From the NCBI GenBank assembly GCA_005893305.1, contig VBOZ01000029.1, positions 169,072 through 233,071 of the forward strand: a stretch of 64,000 nt of DNA, in the 5' to 3' direction. The notes beneath the pieces were generated by a model. The model worked only from the letters and a program-made list of their open reading frames with translations, did no database searches and was not told the origin of the DNA. Numbering within the stretch: the first letter of the stretch is position 1; every line of letters begins with the position of its first letter. The position numbers and the translations under genes were made by a program. Shown piece by piece: positions 16,168 to 31,342 of this stretch. Origin of the DNA: Candidatus Eiseniibacteriota bacterium. GTDB taxonomy: Bacteria; Eisenbacteria; RBG-16-71-46; SZUA-252.

Positions 16168-18069
16168 ATGAACGCTCGCATTCGAGGAGCCGCCGGGATG
16201 GTCGTCGCTCTTGCGATGGCGTCATGCCTCGGGGCTCCCTCCGCCCGTGCTTCAGAGCCGGCCATCGCGCTCGCGGTCGACGCGACCGAAGCGCCGCGCC
16301 ACATCCTCCACGCGAAGCTCCGCATTCCCGCCGCGCCGGGTGAGCTCACGCTCTACTACCCGAAGTGGATTCCGGGGGAGCACGGACCGACCGGTCCGAT
16401 CCAGAACGTCGCCGGCATCACGCTCTCGGCGGGTGGACGCCAGATCGAGTGGAGCCGCGACGGAGAGGAAATGTACGCGATCAGCTGCGACGTGCCCGCG
16501 GGAGCCGGCGCGGTGGACCTATCGCTCGACTATCTCATCCCATCCGGCACCGACGGGTTGCGCGGCACGACGTCCGCGACCTCCAAGCTCGCGGTCCTGG
16601 ACTGGAATCAGGTTCTCTTCTATCCGAAGGGAACGCCGGCGGAGAGCCTCACGGTCAAGGCAACGCTCCGCGTGCCGGAAGGATGGAAGTGGGGAACGGC
16701 CCTCCCGGTGGAGCGTGCCGCCGGAAACGAGATCACGTTCCGGCCGGCGTCGCTCGTGACGCTGGTCGATTCTCCGGTCTTGACCGGCGCGTACTTCCGG
16801 GTCATCCGCCTAGCGCCGGAGATCACGCCGAAGCATGAGGTCGACCTGGCGGCCGACAGTCCCGGCGCGCTCGAGATCGAGCCGTCGCGGATCGCGAGCC
16901 TCGAGCGTCTCGTGCGGGAGGAGATCGCGACCTTCGGGGCGACGCACTACCGCGAGTATCACTTCCTCTTCTCGCTCAGCGATCAGATGAGCTACTCGGG
17001 GTTGGAGCACCACGAGTCGAGCGATAACCGGAGCCCGGAGGGGGCTCTCGTGGAGCCCGATCTCCAGATCCGGTCCGCGCAGCTCCTCCCGCACGAGTTT
17101 GCCCATTCCTGGAACGGAAAGCACCGCCGGCCCGCCGACATGACGCGGGGCGCCTTCCAGGCCCCGATGGAAACGGACCTGACCTGGGTCTACGAGGGCC
17201 TCACCGACTACCTGGCGTGGGTCTTCACGGCGAGGTCCGGTCTCCTTACGTTCGAGCAGTCCCTGGCCGACCTGGCGCAGACGGCGGCGACCGTCGCCAA
17301 CGAGTCGGGGCGATCGTGGCGGCCGCTCCGTGACGCGGCGATATCGGCGCCCATGACCGGCCGTGCCGGGCGGCCGTGGTCGAATTGGCGGCGGAGCTTT
17401 GGGGACGTCTACTCGGAGGGCGTCTTGATCTGGCTCGAGGTCGACTCGATCCTTCGCCGCGAGAGCGGCGGAGCCAAGTCGCTCGATGACTTCTGCCGCC
17501 TCTTCCACGGTGGGGAGAGCAGCGGCCCAGTGGTGAAGACCTACACTCTGGCCGACGTCGTGGCGGCGCTTCAGAAAATCGCGCCCTACGACTGGGATGG
17601 ATTCTTCGCCACGCGCGTCCGCCAAGCCTCGAAGCGGGCGCCGCTCGGGGGCATCGAGGGCAGCGGGTGGCGCCTCGCCTACTCGGACAGCCTCTCGGCG
17701 TACGCGCGCGCGATCGAGCGGGCGCGGCAGTGGACCTTTCTGACCTTCTCGCTTGGCCTGCTTCTGGGCTCCGACGGGGCGATCATCGACGTGAATCCGG
17801 ATCTTCCTGCGGCGAAGGCGGGGCTTGCCCCCGGGATGAAGCTCATCGCGGTGAACGGCCGCACGTGGACCGCCGATCGGGGCCGGAAAGCGATCGCCAC
17901 GGCGAGGAGCTCGGGCGGCCCGATCGAGCTTTTGGCCGAGTCGGGCGACTATCTCAAGACGTTCCGGATCGACTACCGGGGCGGCGAGCGGTATCCACGG
18001 CTCGTCCGCGACCCGTCGAAGCCGGACTACCTGACGCGGGTCCTGAGCCCGAGGACGAAACCCCGCTAG
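16168..18069 (+). CDS. Secreted M61-family glycyl aminopeptidase with a C-terminal PDZ domain
   Basis: Signal peptide, an HEFAHSWNGK zinc motif and a PDZ-like C-terminus (GMKLIAVNG). Confidence 0.8.
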   Translation: MNARIRGAAGMVVALAMASCLGAPSARASEPAIALAVDATEAPRHILHAKLRIPAAPGELTLYYPKWIPGEHGPTGPIQNVAGITLSAGGRQIEWSRDGEEMYAISCDVPAGAGAVDLSLDYLIPSGTDGLRGTTSATSKLAVLDWNQVLFYPKGTPAESLTVKATLRVPEGWKWGTALPVERAAGNEITFRPASLVTLVDSPVLTGAYFRVIRLAPEITPKHEVDLAADSPGALEIEPSRIASLERLVREEIATFGATHYREYHFLFSLSDQMSYSGLEHHESSDNRSPEGALVEPDLQIRSAQLLPHEFAHSWNGKHRRPADMTRGAFQAPMETDLTWVYEGLTDYLAWVFTARSGLLTFEQSLADLAQTAATVANESGRSWRPLRDAAISAPMTGRAGRPWSNWRRSFGDVYSEGVLIWLEVDSILRRESGGAKSLDDFCRLFHGGESSGPVVKTYTLADVVAALQKIAPYDWDGFFATRVRQASKRAPLGGIEGSGWRLAYSDSLSAYARAIERARQWTFLTFSLGLLLGSDGAIIDVNPDLPAAKAGLAPGMKLIAVNGRTWTADRGRKAIATARSSGGPIELLAESGDYLKTFRIDYRGGERYPRLVRDPSKPDYLTRVLSPRTKPR

Positions 18070-18094
18070 GCCGGGTCCTGGACGCGGCGGGTTC

Positions 18095-20119
18095 TCAATC
18101 CTTGCCCGCGAGCCAGGCGTCGAAGGCCTTGAAGTCGTAATCCCGCTTCAGGAAGCCCTTCACCAATTCCCTCGCCGGCATCGACCCGCCCGGGGCGAGC
18201 ACGGTGTCGCGGTACTGCGAAGCGACCGTCGGATCCAGCAGGTTTTCCCGGTCGAACCGGCTGAACATGTCCTTCGCGATGACCAGCGACCAGAGGTACG
18301 TGTAGTAGACGGCGGAGTAGCCGTCCAGGTGCCCGAACGACGTCTGCATGTGGGTGTTCTCCATGCGGGGCACCGGCGTGAACTTGGGCTCGAGGTCGGC
18401 GACGACCGCATCGGTGTTCACGTGGTCGGGCTTCGCGTTGTAGATGCCGAGGGAGATCGCCGAGTAGTAGGCCTGCGTGGCGGTGTTGAGGGCGCGGCCG
18501 AACTGGTCCGCCCTCCTCATCTTCTCCACCAGGGCCACCGGGATCGGCTGATCCGTTTGGTAGTGCCGGGCGAAGGTTTGAAGCACCTTCGGGTCCCAGG
18601 CCCACTCCTCGAGCATTTGAGACGGCGCCTCGACGAAGTCACGCTGCACCGCCGTCCCCGCGATCGGCTCCCACCGGCCCTGGCCGCCCAGGATCGCGTG
18701 CACGAGATGGCCGAATTCGTGGAGGAACGTCTCGACGTCCGAGTGCTCCATCAGTCCCGGATCGCCCGGCTTTCCGCCCGGGAAATTGCAGACGAGCGCG
18801 TGCTCCGGCACCTGGACGCCGGCTACGCCCTGGCGGATCGTGAATTTCGCCGCGTGGTTGAACTTTCCGGGGCGCGGGTGGAGGTCGAGAAAGAAGCGGC
18901 CGAGCAGCTTCGGGCCGTCGAACACCTCGTACGCCTCGACGCTCGAATCCCAGACGGCGGCGTTCTCCATCCGCTTGTACGTGAGGCCGAAGATCTTCGA
19001 GGTCACGTCGAGCACGCCCTGCTTCACCAGGTCGAAGCGGAAGTAGGCGCGCGCTTCCTGCGGATCGAAATCGTAGTCCCGCTTCCGGATCAGGCGGCCG
19101 TAGTAGGACATCTCCCACTTGTCCACCTGGGTCGCGGCGGGATTGTCCTCGCGCTTCCGCTTCAGGTAGAGCGCGTACTCCTCCTGGGCGCGGCGGAACG
19201 TCGTGCTCCGAAGCCGTTGGATGAAGTCGGACGCGTTCTTCGAGGACCCGATCATCTTGTCCACGGTCACGTAGTCCGCCCACGTCGGATAGCCCAGAAT
19301 CCGGGCCAGCCGGTAGCGCTTGGCGATCAGCGAGTCGAGCACCGCGATGTTCGCCGGATAGGCTCGGTTCAGGTCCTCGTACATGAGCCGGCGCCGGACG
19401 TCGCTGTTCTGCGCGTACCGGATGACGGGGAAGTAGTCGGGGTTCTCGATGCTCAGCGTGATCTTCCCGTCCGGCCCGGGGGGATGGGACCGGATGAAGT
19501 CCTCGGGGAGGCCCGCCAGATCCTCGACTCGGTCGACCTGGATCGTTCGGGAATCGGTCCGGATGTTCCGGCTGAAGTCCTGCCCGGTCTTGGTCAACTC
19601 TTCCAGAAGGGTCGAGATCGTCTTTCGGGTGGCCTCGTCCTTGTCCACGCCCGCGAGGCGGAAGTCCTGAAGCGTCCGGAAGAGGAAGTACCGCGTGGCG
19701 GCGTCCTCCTTCTTCGCGTCGACCTCGACCAAGGCGTCATAGACCGGCCGGTTCAGGCTGAGGTCGTCGATGAACTTGCTCGCGCGCTGGGTCAGCTCTT
19801 CGGACCGGGCGCGAAACGTCGAATCGGGATGGACCGATTCCATGAGGTGCGACCCGTACGCCGCGTTCTCCGCGTGGGTCATGACCGCGTTGTAGGGGAC
19901 GAGCGTGTTCTCGATCGTCCGCTTTCCCTGTACCGCCAGCATCGCGCTGAGCGCGTCCCGGGCGGCTTGGAGCTCGGCCTCCGCGCTCACCTGGAATGTC
20001 GCCACGTCGGGGGCGCCGGTGAAGAAGGGCGCGGGCGCCGCGGCCGGCATCTCTTCGGCGGCTACCGCGGCGCGGGCGGCGGGGGGCGACAGCGCGATCA
20101 GCAGCGCGAAGGCAAGCAT
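18095..20119 (-). CDS. Secreted M3-family oligopeptidase (Dcp/oligopeptidase A-like)
   Basis: HEFGHLVH zinc-binding motif with the M3 fold across about 670 aa. Signal peptide MLAFALLIALSPPAARAAVA; the track ORF starts 24 codons earlier. Confidence 0.85.
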   Translation of the reverse strand: MLAFALLIALSPPAARAAVAAEEMPAAAPAPFFTGAPDVATFQVSAEAELQAARDALSAMLAVQGKRTIENTLVPYNAVMTHAENAAYGSHLMESVHPDSTFRARSEELTQRASKFIDDLSLNRPVYDALVEVDAKKEDAATRYFLFRTLQDFRLAGVDKDEATRKTISTLLEELTKTGQDFSRNIRTDSRTIQVDRVEDLAGLPEDFIRSHPPGPDGKITLSIENPDYFPVIRYAQNSDVRRRLMYEDLNRAYPANIAVLDSLIAKRYRLARILGYPTWADYVTVDKMIGSSKNASDFIQRLRSTTFRRAQEEYALYLKRKREDNPAATQVDKWEMSYYGRLIRKRDYDFDPQEARAYFRFDLVKQGVLDVTSKIFGLTYKRMENAAVWDSSVEAYEVFDGPKLLGRFFLDLHPRPGKFNHAAKFTIRQGVAGVQVPEHALVCNFPGGKPGDPGLMEHSDVETFLHEFGHLVHAILGGQGRWEPIAGTAVQRDFVEAPSQMLEEWAWDPKVLQTFARHYQTDQPIPVALVEKMRRADQFGRALNTATQAYYSAISLGIYNAKPDHVNTDAVVADLEPKFTPVPRMENTHMQTSFGHLDGYSAVYYTYLWSLVIAKDMFSRFDRENLLDPTVASQYRDTVLAPGGSMPARELVKGFLKRDYDFKAFDAWLAGKD

Positions 20120-20207
20120 CGGATGGGCTTTGGCGACTCGGCACGAGTTCAGTAGGGTCACGATTCCTCCAGGCAGGATGGCGGGCTCCATGTAGTCGGC
20201 GGGGATT

Positions 20208-20624
20208 CTACACGAGCCTCTTCCCCAGCCTGTACTGCGACTTGACGACCTCGTATCCCCGAGACTTGTAGAACTCGTGGGCCTTGGTGCGGATGACGTT
20301 GGTTCGGACGCGCACGACCTCGTACCCGCGCTCTCTCGCCCATGCTTCCGCCGAGGCCATGAGCGCCGATCCGACGCCCCGTCCGCGGGCCGTTTCGTCC
20401 ACGACGAGGCCGCCGATCTCCGCGCCGGGGTCCGACTCGAGATGCCGGGTTCCGTAGACGTGGATCCACCCGAGAACCGTCCCGTCTCGACCCTCGGCGA
20501 TCAGAGCGCGCGCATCGGGAGATTCCTCCAGCGCGCGGAATCGGCGCTCGATCTGGGCGGCGGTCGACGGGTAGCCGAGCTGCGTCGCGAGGTGGGCGAC
20601 CGCGGCGGCGTCCTCGACCTTCAT
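20208..20624 (-). CDS. GNAT-family N-acetyltransferase
   Basis: 138-aa core with the acetyl-CoA binding motif (V.E..RGRGVGSALM) and the HEFYKSRGY tail. The long upstream extension in the track ORF is probably spurious. Confidence 0.8.
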   Translation of the reverse strand: MKVEDAAAVAHLATQLGYPSTAAQIERRFRALEESPDARALIAEGRDGTVLGWIHVYGTRHLESDPGAEIGGLVVDETARGRGVGSALMASAEAWARERGYEVVRVRTNVIRTKAHEFYKSRGYEVVKSQYRLGKRLV

Positions 20625-20722
20625 CGGTCGCACCGGAATTTGGGGCGGGCTCACGGGAAGACCGGGCGACGCGGAGCGCCGCGAACCGCCAGCGCCCCGC
20701 GCCGACACCGGAACGGCGCTCC

Positions 20723-21316
20723 CTAGAAGAAGATTCCGAACGTAACGGGGATGATCTGGGTCTTGAGGTCCTTCGTGACGGCCGTGCTGAACCCCTGATC
20801 GGTGTAGACATTCTCGATCTTGCCTTCCACGAACCCGTTCAACCCCATCAGCCCGAATTGCACGCCGGCGCCCGCGTCGATGCCGAACTTGGTCACGGAG
20901 CCCGGTTTCGGAGCGCCCGCCGCGTCGAACGTGGTCTTCATGTTGAACGCGCCGAGCCCGGCCGTGATGTAGGGCCTCACCGGCCCCGGGAACGGCAGCG
21001 TGTACGTGATGTTGCCGAGGCCCGAGATGATCTTGCTCGCGCCGTCGGAGCCGACCGTTGCGGGGTCGAGCTTGAAGTGCTTGTAGGAGCCGATCGCCCG
21101 GAGGTCGAACGGCAGGCCGGGAGGATTGAACTTGGCGATCACCGATCCGTGCCAACCGCTCTTCAGAGCGTCGCCCGCGTCTCCGACCGGGACGCTGACG
21201 CCGCCGCCCACGCCGATCTGGAACGGCTTCTGAATCGCCGACGCCGTGGCCGACCAACCCGCCACCGCAACGGCGATGGCAACGGCTGAGACCGTGGAGA
21301 TTCGAATCCGCCTCAT
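20723..21316 (-). CDS. Outer-membrane beta-barrel protein (OmpW/OmpA-like small porin family)
   Basis: Signal peptide, alternating beta-strand pattern and C-terminal Phe (VTFGIFF). AGGAGG ribosome-binding site before the MRRIRI start. Confidence 0.7.
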   Translation of the reverse strand: MRRIRISTVSAVAIAVAVAGWSATASAIQKPFQIGVGGGVSVPVGDAGDALKSGWHGSVIAKFNPPGLPFDLRAIGSYKHFKLDPATVGSDGASKIISGLGNITYTLPFPGPVRPYITAGLGAFNMKTTFDAAGAPKPGSVTKFGIDAGAGVQFGLMGLNGFVEGKIENVYTDQGFSTAVTKDLKTQIIPVTFGIFF

Positions 21317-21410
21317 GCGATTCCTCCTGTGTTCGAGTAAGTGGACACCTGGGAAGGGGCCGTGTTTCAATGCGGCCACCATGCTACCCCGGACTCGATA
21401 GCGTGCCAAA

Positions 21411-22655
21411 TTGAATCCTGCAAGCACCGCTCCCGGTCGCGATCGCCTCATCGTCTATACCGCGGCCTTCCTCCGCGCGCTCGCCACCGGGATGATCGCC
21501 GTCTTGATCGGCATCCATCTCGCCAAGCTCCGGTTCGACCCGGCTTCGATCGGGACGGTGGTGGCGGCCGGGCTGGCCGGCGCCACCGCGGCCGCGCTCC
21601 TCGTCACCGTCGCCGGCGATCGGATCGGACGGCGCCGTGCCCTTATAGGGCTGGGGATTCTAGGCGCGCTCGGCGGGCTGGCGGTCGCGCTCGCGGCGAA
21701 ACCGTACATCGTGGGGCTCGCCGCGTTCTTCGGGATGTTGAACGGCATGGGCCGAGACCGCGGCGCCTCGATGATTCTGGATCAGGTCGTGCTCCCGGCA
21801 ACGACCACCGACGACCGGCGAACCTATGCGTTCGCCTATTACAACATCGTGCAGGACATCGGGCACGCCCTCGGATCGCTGCTGGCGGGGCTACCGCTGC
21901 TCGTCCGGCGCTTCGTTCCCATGGCCGAGGGCGACTCGCTTCGCCTCGCGGTCGGCTTCTACGCGCTCCTCCTCCTCGCGACGGCGGTCCTGTACGCCGC
22001 GCTCTCGCCGCGCGTGGAGCCGGTGGCTCCGAAAGAAAAGGTGCGGATCTCGCCCGAGACCCGCCGGATCGTCACCCGGATCTCGGCCTTGTTCGCGCTC
22101 GACGGCCTGGGGGGCGGGTTCCTGACAACGGCGATGCTCTCGCTATTCTTCTACAGCCGGTTTCACGTGGACGAAGGCGTCGTGGGCGCGCTCTTCTTCG
22201 GGGCCAGGACGATGAACGCGCTTTCCCACATGGGCGCGGCGTGGCTCGCGCGCCGGATCGGCCTCGTGAACACGATGGTGTTCACGCACATCCCTTCGAG
22301 CCTCCTGCTCCTCACGGTTCCGCTCGCGCCGAGCTTTCTCGTGGCGGCGATCCTCTTCCTGATCCGGGAAGGGCTCGTGGAGATGGACGTTCCGACGCGA
22401 CAGTCCTACGTGATGGCGGTCGTTCGGCCCGAGGAGCGGACGTTCGCGTCCGGCGTGACGCACATCGTGCGGTTGGGATCGTGGGCGGCCGCGCCCGCAT
22501 TCGCGGGGCTCTTCATGCGGACCGCGTCACTCGCCGCGCCGCTCGTGATCGGCGCCGCGATGAAGATCACCTACGACGTGCTGCTCTTCTCCGCGTTCCG
22601 GTCGATCCGGCCTCCGGAGGAGGTCGCGGGATCCCCTTTGAGCGCGACGAAGTAA
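21411..22655 (+). CDS. MFS transporter
   Basis: 414 aa with 12 predicted transmembrane helices and an MFS-type loop motif (G.L.DRIGRRR). Confidence 0.85.
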   Translation: MNPASTAPGRDRLIVYTAAFLRALATGMIAVLIGIHLAKLRFDPASIGTVVAAGLAGATAAALLVTVAGDRIGRRRALIGLGILGALGGLAVALAAKPYIVGLAAFFGMLNGMGRDRGASMILDQVVLPATTTDDRRTYAFAYYNIVQDIGHALGSLLAGLPLLVRRFVPMAEGDSLRLAVGFYALLLLATAVLYAALSPRVEPVAPKEKVRISPETRRIVTRISALFALDGLGGGFLTTAMLSLFFYSRFHVDEGVVGALFFGARTMNALSHMGAAWLARRIGLVNTMVFTHIPSSLLLLTVPLAPSFLVAAILFLIREGLVEMDVPTRQSYVMAVVRPEERTFASGVTHIVRLGSWAAAPAFAGLFMRTASLAAPLVIGAAMKITYDVLLFSAFRSIRPPEEVAGSPLSATK

Positions 22656-23380
22656 TGGTTCTGGCACCAGGTCGAGAGGGGAACGGCGAGAACGGAGTCG
22701 AGCCCGTCCCACGCCTCGGCAAGCGCGCGCGACCGGCGCAGCGCGGCCGGCAGGCGGTGGCCGAAATTTCGAGGTAGAACCCCGTAGCGGCCGGCCTCGA
22801 GAAGGCGGAGCCCCGCGCCCGCGGTGAGCGACTCGATGTCGGACCGGGTAAACCGGAATTCGTGATGGTGCTTTCCTGGCACCCTCCGCGCCGCCCAGTC
22901 GATCCAGCTGGATCGGTTGGGGAAGTGGTAGCAGGCGAACACGCCGCCGGGCCGGAGCACGCGGGCGATCTCCGCCAGGCTCCCCGCCTCGCTCCCCCCG
23001 GTCTCGCGAACGTGCTCCAGGACCCCCACCGATGCGACCGCGTCGAACGAACCGTCGGCGTATGGGAGTTGGACCGGCTCGCGTTCGTCCCCGCGCAGGA
23101 ATGGGTAATCGCGGTCCGGAAGCCAGCGGAGAAACGACCCGTCGAGAAGCGAATAGCCCGACGCGCGGTACCCGGAACGCTGAAGGTAATATGAGAAGTG
23201 CCCGTTGCCGGCGCCCCAGTCGAGCACCCGGGCCCCCTCGGGCACGTAGTTCCGGAAGAGACGGTAGAGCGGCAGATATTGGTACGCGCCCAGAAGGCTG
23301 CCGAACTGGAGCAGGGAATCGCCGGGATGCGCTTCCGCGCGCGAGTACAGCTCGAGGGCGATCGTCTCCGCCGGCGGCCG
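22571..23380 (-). CDS. Class I SAM-dependent methyltransferase
   Basis: Motif I VLDWGAGNG and post-I acidic residues (SFDAVASVGVLEH ... LRPGGVF). No in-frame ATG after the kinase stop, so the start is probably GTG/TTG or overlaps the kinase. Confidence 0.65.
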   Translation of the reverse strand, partial: RPPAETIALELYSRAEAHPGDSLLQFGSLLGAYQYLPLYRLFRNYVPEGARVLDWGAGNGHFSYYLQRSGYRASGYSLLDGSFLRWLPDRDYPFLRGDEREPVQLPYADGSFDAVASVGVLEHVRETGGSEAGSLAEIARVLRPGGVFACYHFPNRSSWIDWAARRVPGKHHHEFRFTRSDIESLTAGAGLRLLEAGRYGVLPRNFGHRLPAALRRSRALAEAWDGLDSVLAVPLSTWCQNHYFVALKGDPATSSGGRIDRNAEKSSTS

Positions 23381-23382
23381 GT

Positions 23383-25635
<2,253 letters not shown>

Positions 25636-25687
25636 GGCGCGAGTATATCTCAACGCGGCGGCGGCCAGCCCGCCGCGGCCCTAAGCC

Positions 25688-26187
25688 CTATTTCAAAGGG
25701 TCGAACTTGAGCGCGGCGGAGTTCATGCAGTAGCGCAGACCCGTCGGTTTCGGCCCGTCGTCGAACACGTGTCCCAAGTGCGCGTCGCAGCGGGCGCAGC
25801 GGATTTCCGTCCGATCCATGAGAAGGCTCGCGTCGGAACGGTCGGCGATGTTCTCTTTGGCGATCGGGGCCGTGAAGCTGGGCCATCCGGTGCCCGACTC
25901 GAACTTGGCATCCGAGGAAAAGAGGTCGGTGCCGCAGCAGACGCACCCTTGGCGTGGTTGTTCCAGTACTTTCCGGTAAAGGCAACCTCGGTCCCGGCCT
26001 TGCGCGCCACTCGAAATTCCTCGGGAGTCAGGATCTTTTCCCACTCCGCATCGCTTTTCACGACCTTGTCCACGATGACGATTCCCCTCTTCTTAGCTGA
26101 GTAGATCTTGATCTTGGCGGGGGCTGCCGGCGCGGCGGCGATCGACGCCGCGGCCAAGAGCACCCAAACCCCATTCCACCACTTCAT
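25688..26187 (-). CDS. msrB: Peptide-methionine (R)-S-oxide reductase MsrB with an N-terminal signal peptide; the reading frame is interrupted by an apparent frameshift near 25950-25960
   Basis: The N-terminal half (signal peptide [21 protein letters not shown], then [26 protein letters not shown]) is in one frame. The [24 protein letters not shown]...[29 protein letters not shown] half is in another. The 25688-26187 span is 3n+2 nt long. Confidence 0.7.
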
Positions 26188-26323
26188 TCGCGCTCCTTCC
26201 TCCACCCCTTCATCCAACCAGCCGCGGTCCTTTCAGGACGATCTCGCGCAGATTGCCGCGCTCGGTTATGATGCCCCCGATTCCGCCACGAATCCACCAG
26301 ACGGTTTCAACGCAAGGAGCCCT

Positions 26324-27445
26324 ATGTCGACCAAGGAGGGGACCCGCGCCATCCTCGCACTCGAGGACGGCACCTTCTTTGAAGGCAAAGGGTTCGGGAG
26401 AAGCGCTGAGACATTCGGTGAAGTGGTCTTCAACACGACCCTCTGCGGATACCAGGAAGTCCTCACCGATCCATCCTACCGCGGCCAAGTCGTCGTCATG
26501 ACCTACCCGCACATCGGGAATTACGGGGTCAACCGGGAGGACGTCGAGTCCCTCCACCCTCAGGTGGCCGGGTTCGTGGTCCGCGAGATCTCCACCCGGG
26601 CCTCCTCCTGGCGGGCGTCCGGGGAGCTCCACCGGTATTTAGACGAGGCGGGCGTCGTGGGGATCAGCGAAATCGACACGCGCGCCCTGACGCGGCACAT
26701 CCGGACTCGAGGCGCGATGCGGGGGGTGATTTCGACCACCACGCTCGATGCCGACGTATTGATCCGGCGCGCGCGCGAGGCGCCCTCCATGGTCGGGCTC
26801 GACTTGGTCCGCGAGGTGACGTGCGACGCGGCCCACGCGTTCGAGGACCCGGACGTCGCCGGGACGCGCGGGCGGTTCCGCGTGGTGGCGTACGACTTCG
26901 GGATGAAGCGAAATATCCTTCGCATGCTCGCCGCCTCGGGCTGCGACGTGGCCATCGTGCCGGCGACGACCTCCGCCGAGGACGCCATGGCCGGCGATCC
27001 CGACGGGATCTTCTTTTCGAACGGCCCGGGTGACCCGGAGCCGTGCACCTACGCGATTCGCGCGGCGCGCGACCTCATCGGCCGCCGCCCGATCTTCGGC
27101 ATCTGCCTCGGACACCAGATCCTCGGCCTGGCGTGCGGCGGGAAGACGTTCAAGCTCAAGTTCGGGCACCGAGGAGCCAATCATCCGGTCAAGAATCTGC
27201 GCACCGGCCAGGTCGAGATCACGGCCCAGAACCACGGCTTCGCCGTCGATCCGGCGCTCTTCTCGAAGTCGGAATACGAGCTGACCCACGTCAACCTGAA
27301 CGACGGTACGGTCGAGGGATTCCGCCACCGGGAGCTTCCCGTTTTTTCAGTCCAGTACCACCCCGAGGCGAGCCCGGGCCCGCACGACAGCCACTACCTG
27401 TTCCGCGAGTTCATGGAGGAGATGGCCGCGCGCCGCGTGGCCTGA
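26324..27445 (+). CDS. carA: Carbamoyl-phosphate synthase small (glutaminase) subunit
   Basis: Contains the class-I glutamine amidotransferase triad region GICLGHQ and H..F.VQYHPE. AAGGAG ribosome-binding site; MSTKEG start. Confidence 0.95.
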   Translation: MSTKEGTRAILALEDGTFFEGKGFGRSAETFGEVVFNTTLCGYQEVLTDPSYRGQVVVMTYPHIGNYGVNREDVESLHPQVAGFVVREISTRASSWRASGELHRYLDEAGVVGISEIDTRALTRHIRTRGAMRGVISTTTLDADVLIRRAREAPSMVGLDLVREVTCDAAHAFEDPDVAGTRGRFRVVAYDFGMKRNILRMLAASGCDVAIVPATTSAEDAMAGDPDGIFFSNGPGDPEPCTYAIRAARDLIGRRPIFGICLGHQILGLACGGKTFKLKFGHRGANHPVKNLRTGQVEITAQNHGFAVDPALFSKSEYELTHVNLNDGTVEGFRHRELPVFSVQYHPEASPGPHDSHYLFREFMEEMAARRVA

Positions 27446-27448
27446 CCG

Positions 27449-30676
<3,228 letters not shown>

Positions 30677-30683
30677 CCGCGCG

Positions 30684-31330
30684 CTACGCCTTGCCGGTCG
30701 GGTTGTCGATCGCTCTCCACAGATACCAGCTCGCCACCGTGCGAAACGGTCTCCATCGCTCCCCACGGCGGAGCACCTGCGCCGGCGTCGGGAGTCCCCG
30801 GGTGCGGAACGCGCGCTGGAATCCCTTCCGCACGCCGTAGTCGTGCGCCGGGAGCACGTCGGGGCGTCCGAGCCGTATCAGGAGCATCTCCACCGTCCAT
30901 CGGCCGATTCCGCGGACCGCGGTGAGCCGCTCCACGATTTCCTCGTCGTCGAGCCGGCGGATCGCGGCCAGGGTCGGCACCGTGCCGTCGATGGTCTTCC
31001 GCGAGAGGTCCTTCACCGCCGCCACCTTGGCGCGCGAGAGGCCCGCCGAACGGAGAGCCTCGTCGCGCGTGGCCAGGAAATCCTCCGGCGACGGGAAGCG
31101 CTTCGGGCGATAGAGCGCGAGGACGCGCGAGAAGATCGTGGCCGCGGCCTTCCCGGTGAGCTGCTGGTAGGCGATCGCCTCGGCCAGCGAGGCGAACGGG
31201 CTTCGCGAAGCGTCGGCCCTCAGGCGGAATGGACCGTGCCGCTCCATGAGCGGCGCCAGCTTTGGATCGGAGGCGCGGAGGAGTCGCTCGGCTTCCTGAA
31301 CGTCGAACGAGAGGGACACGCGTGGCGCCA
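30684..31330 (-). CDS. DNA-3-methyladenine glycosylase II-like (HhH-GPD superfamily, AlkA-like)
   Basis: HhH-GPD motif (VRGIGRWTVEMLLIRLGRPDVLPAHDYGVRKG) with the catalytic Asp. The start is uncertain because the track ORF is a 722-aa chimera with antisense sequence; a GTG start near 31320 is plausible. Confidence 0.7.
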
Positions 31331-31342
31331 AGGACCTTACGT

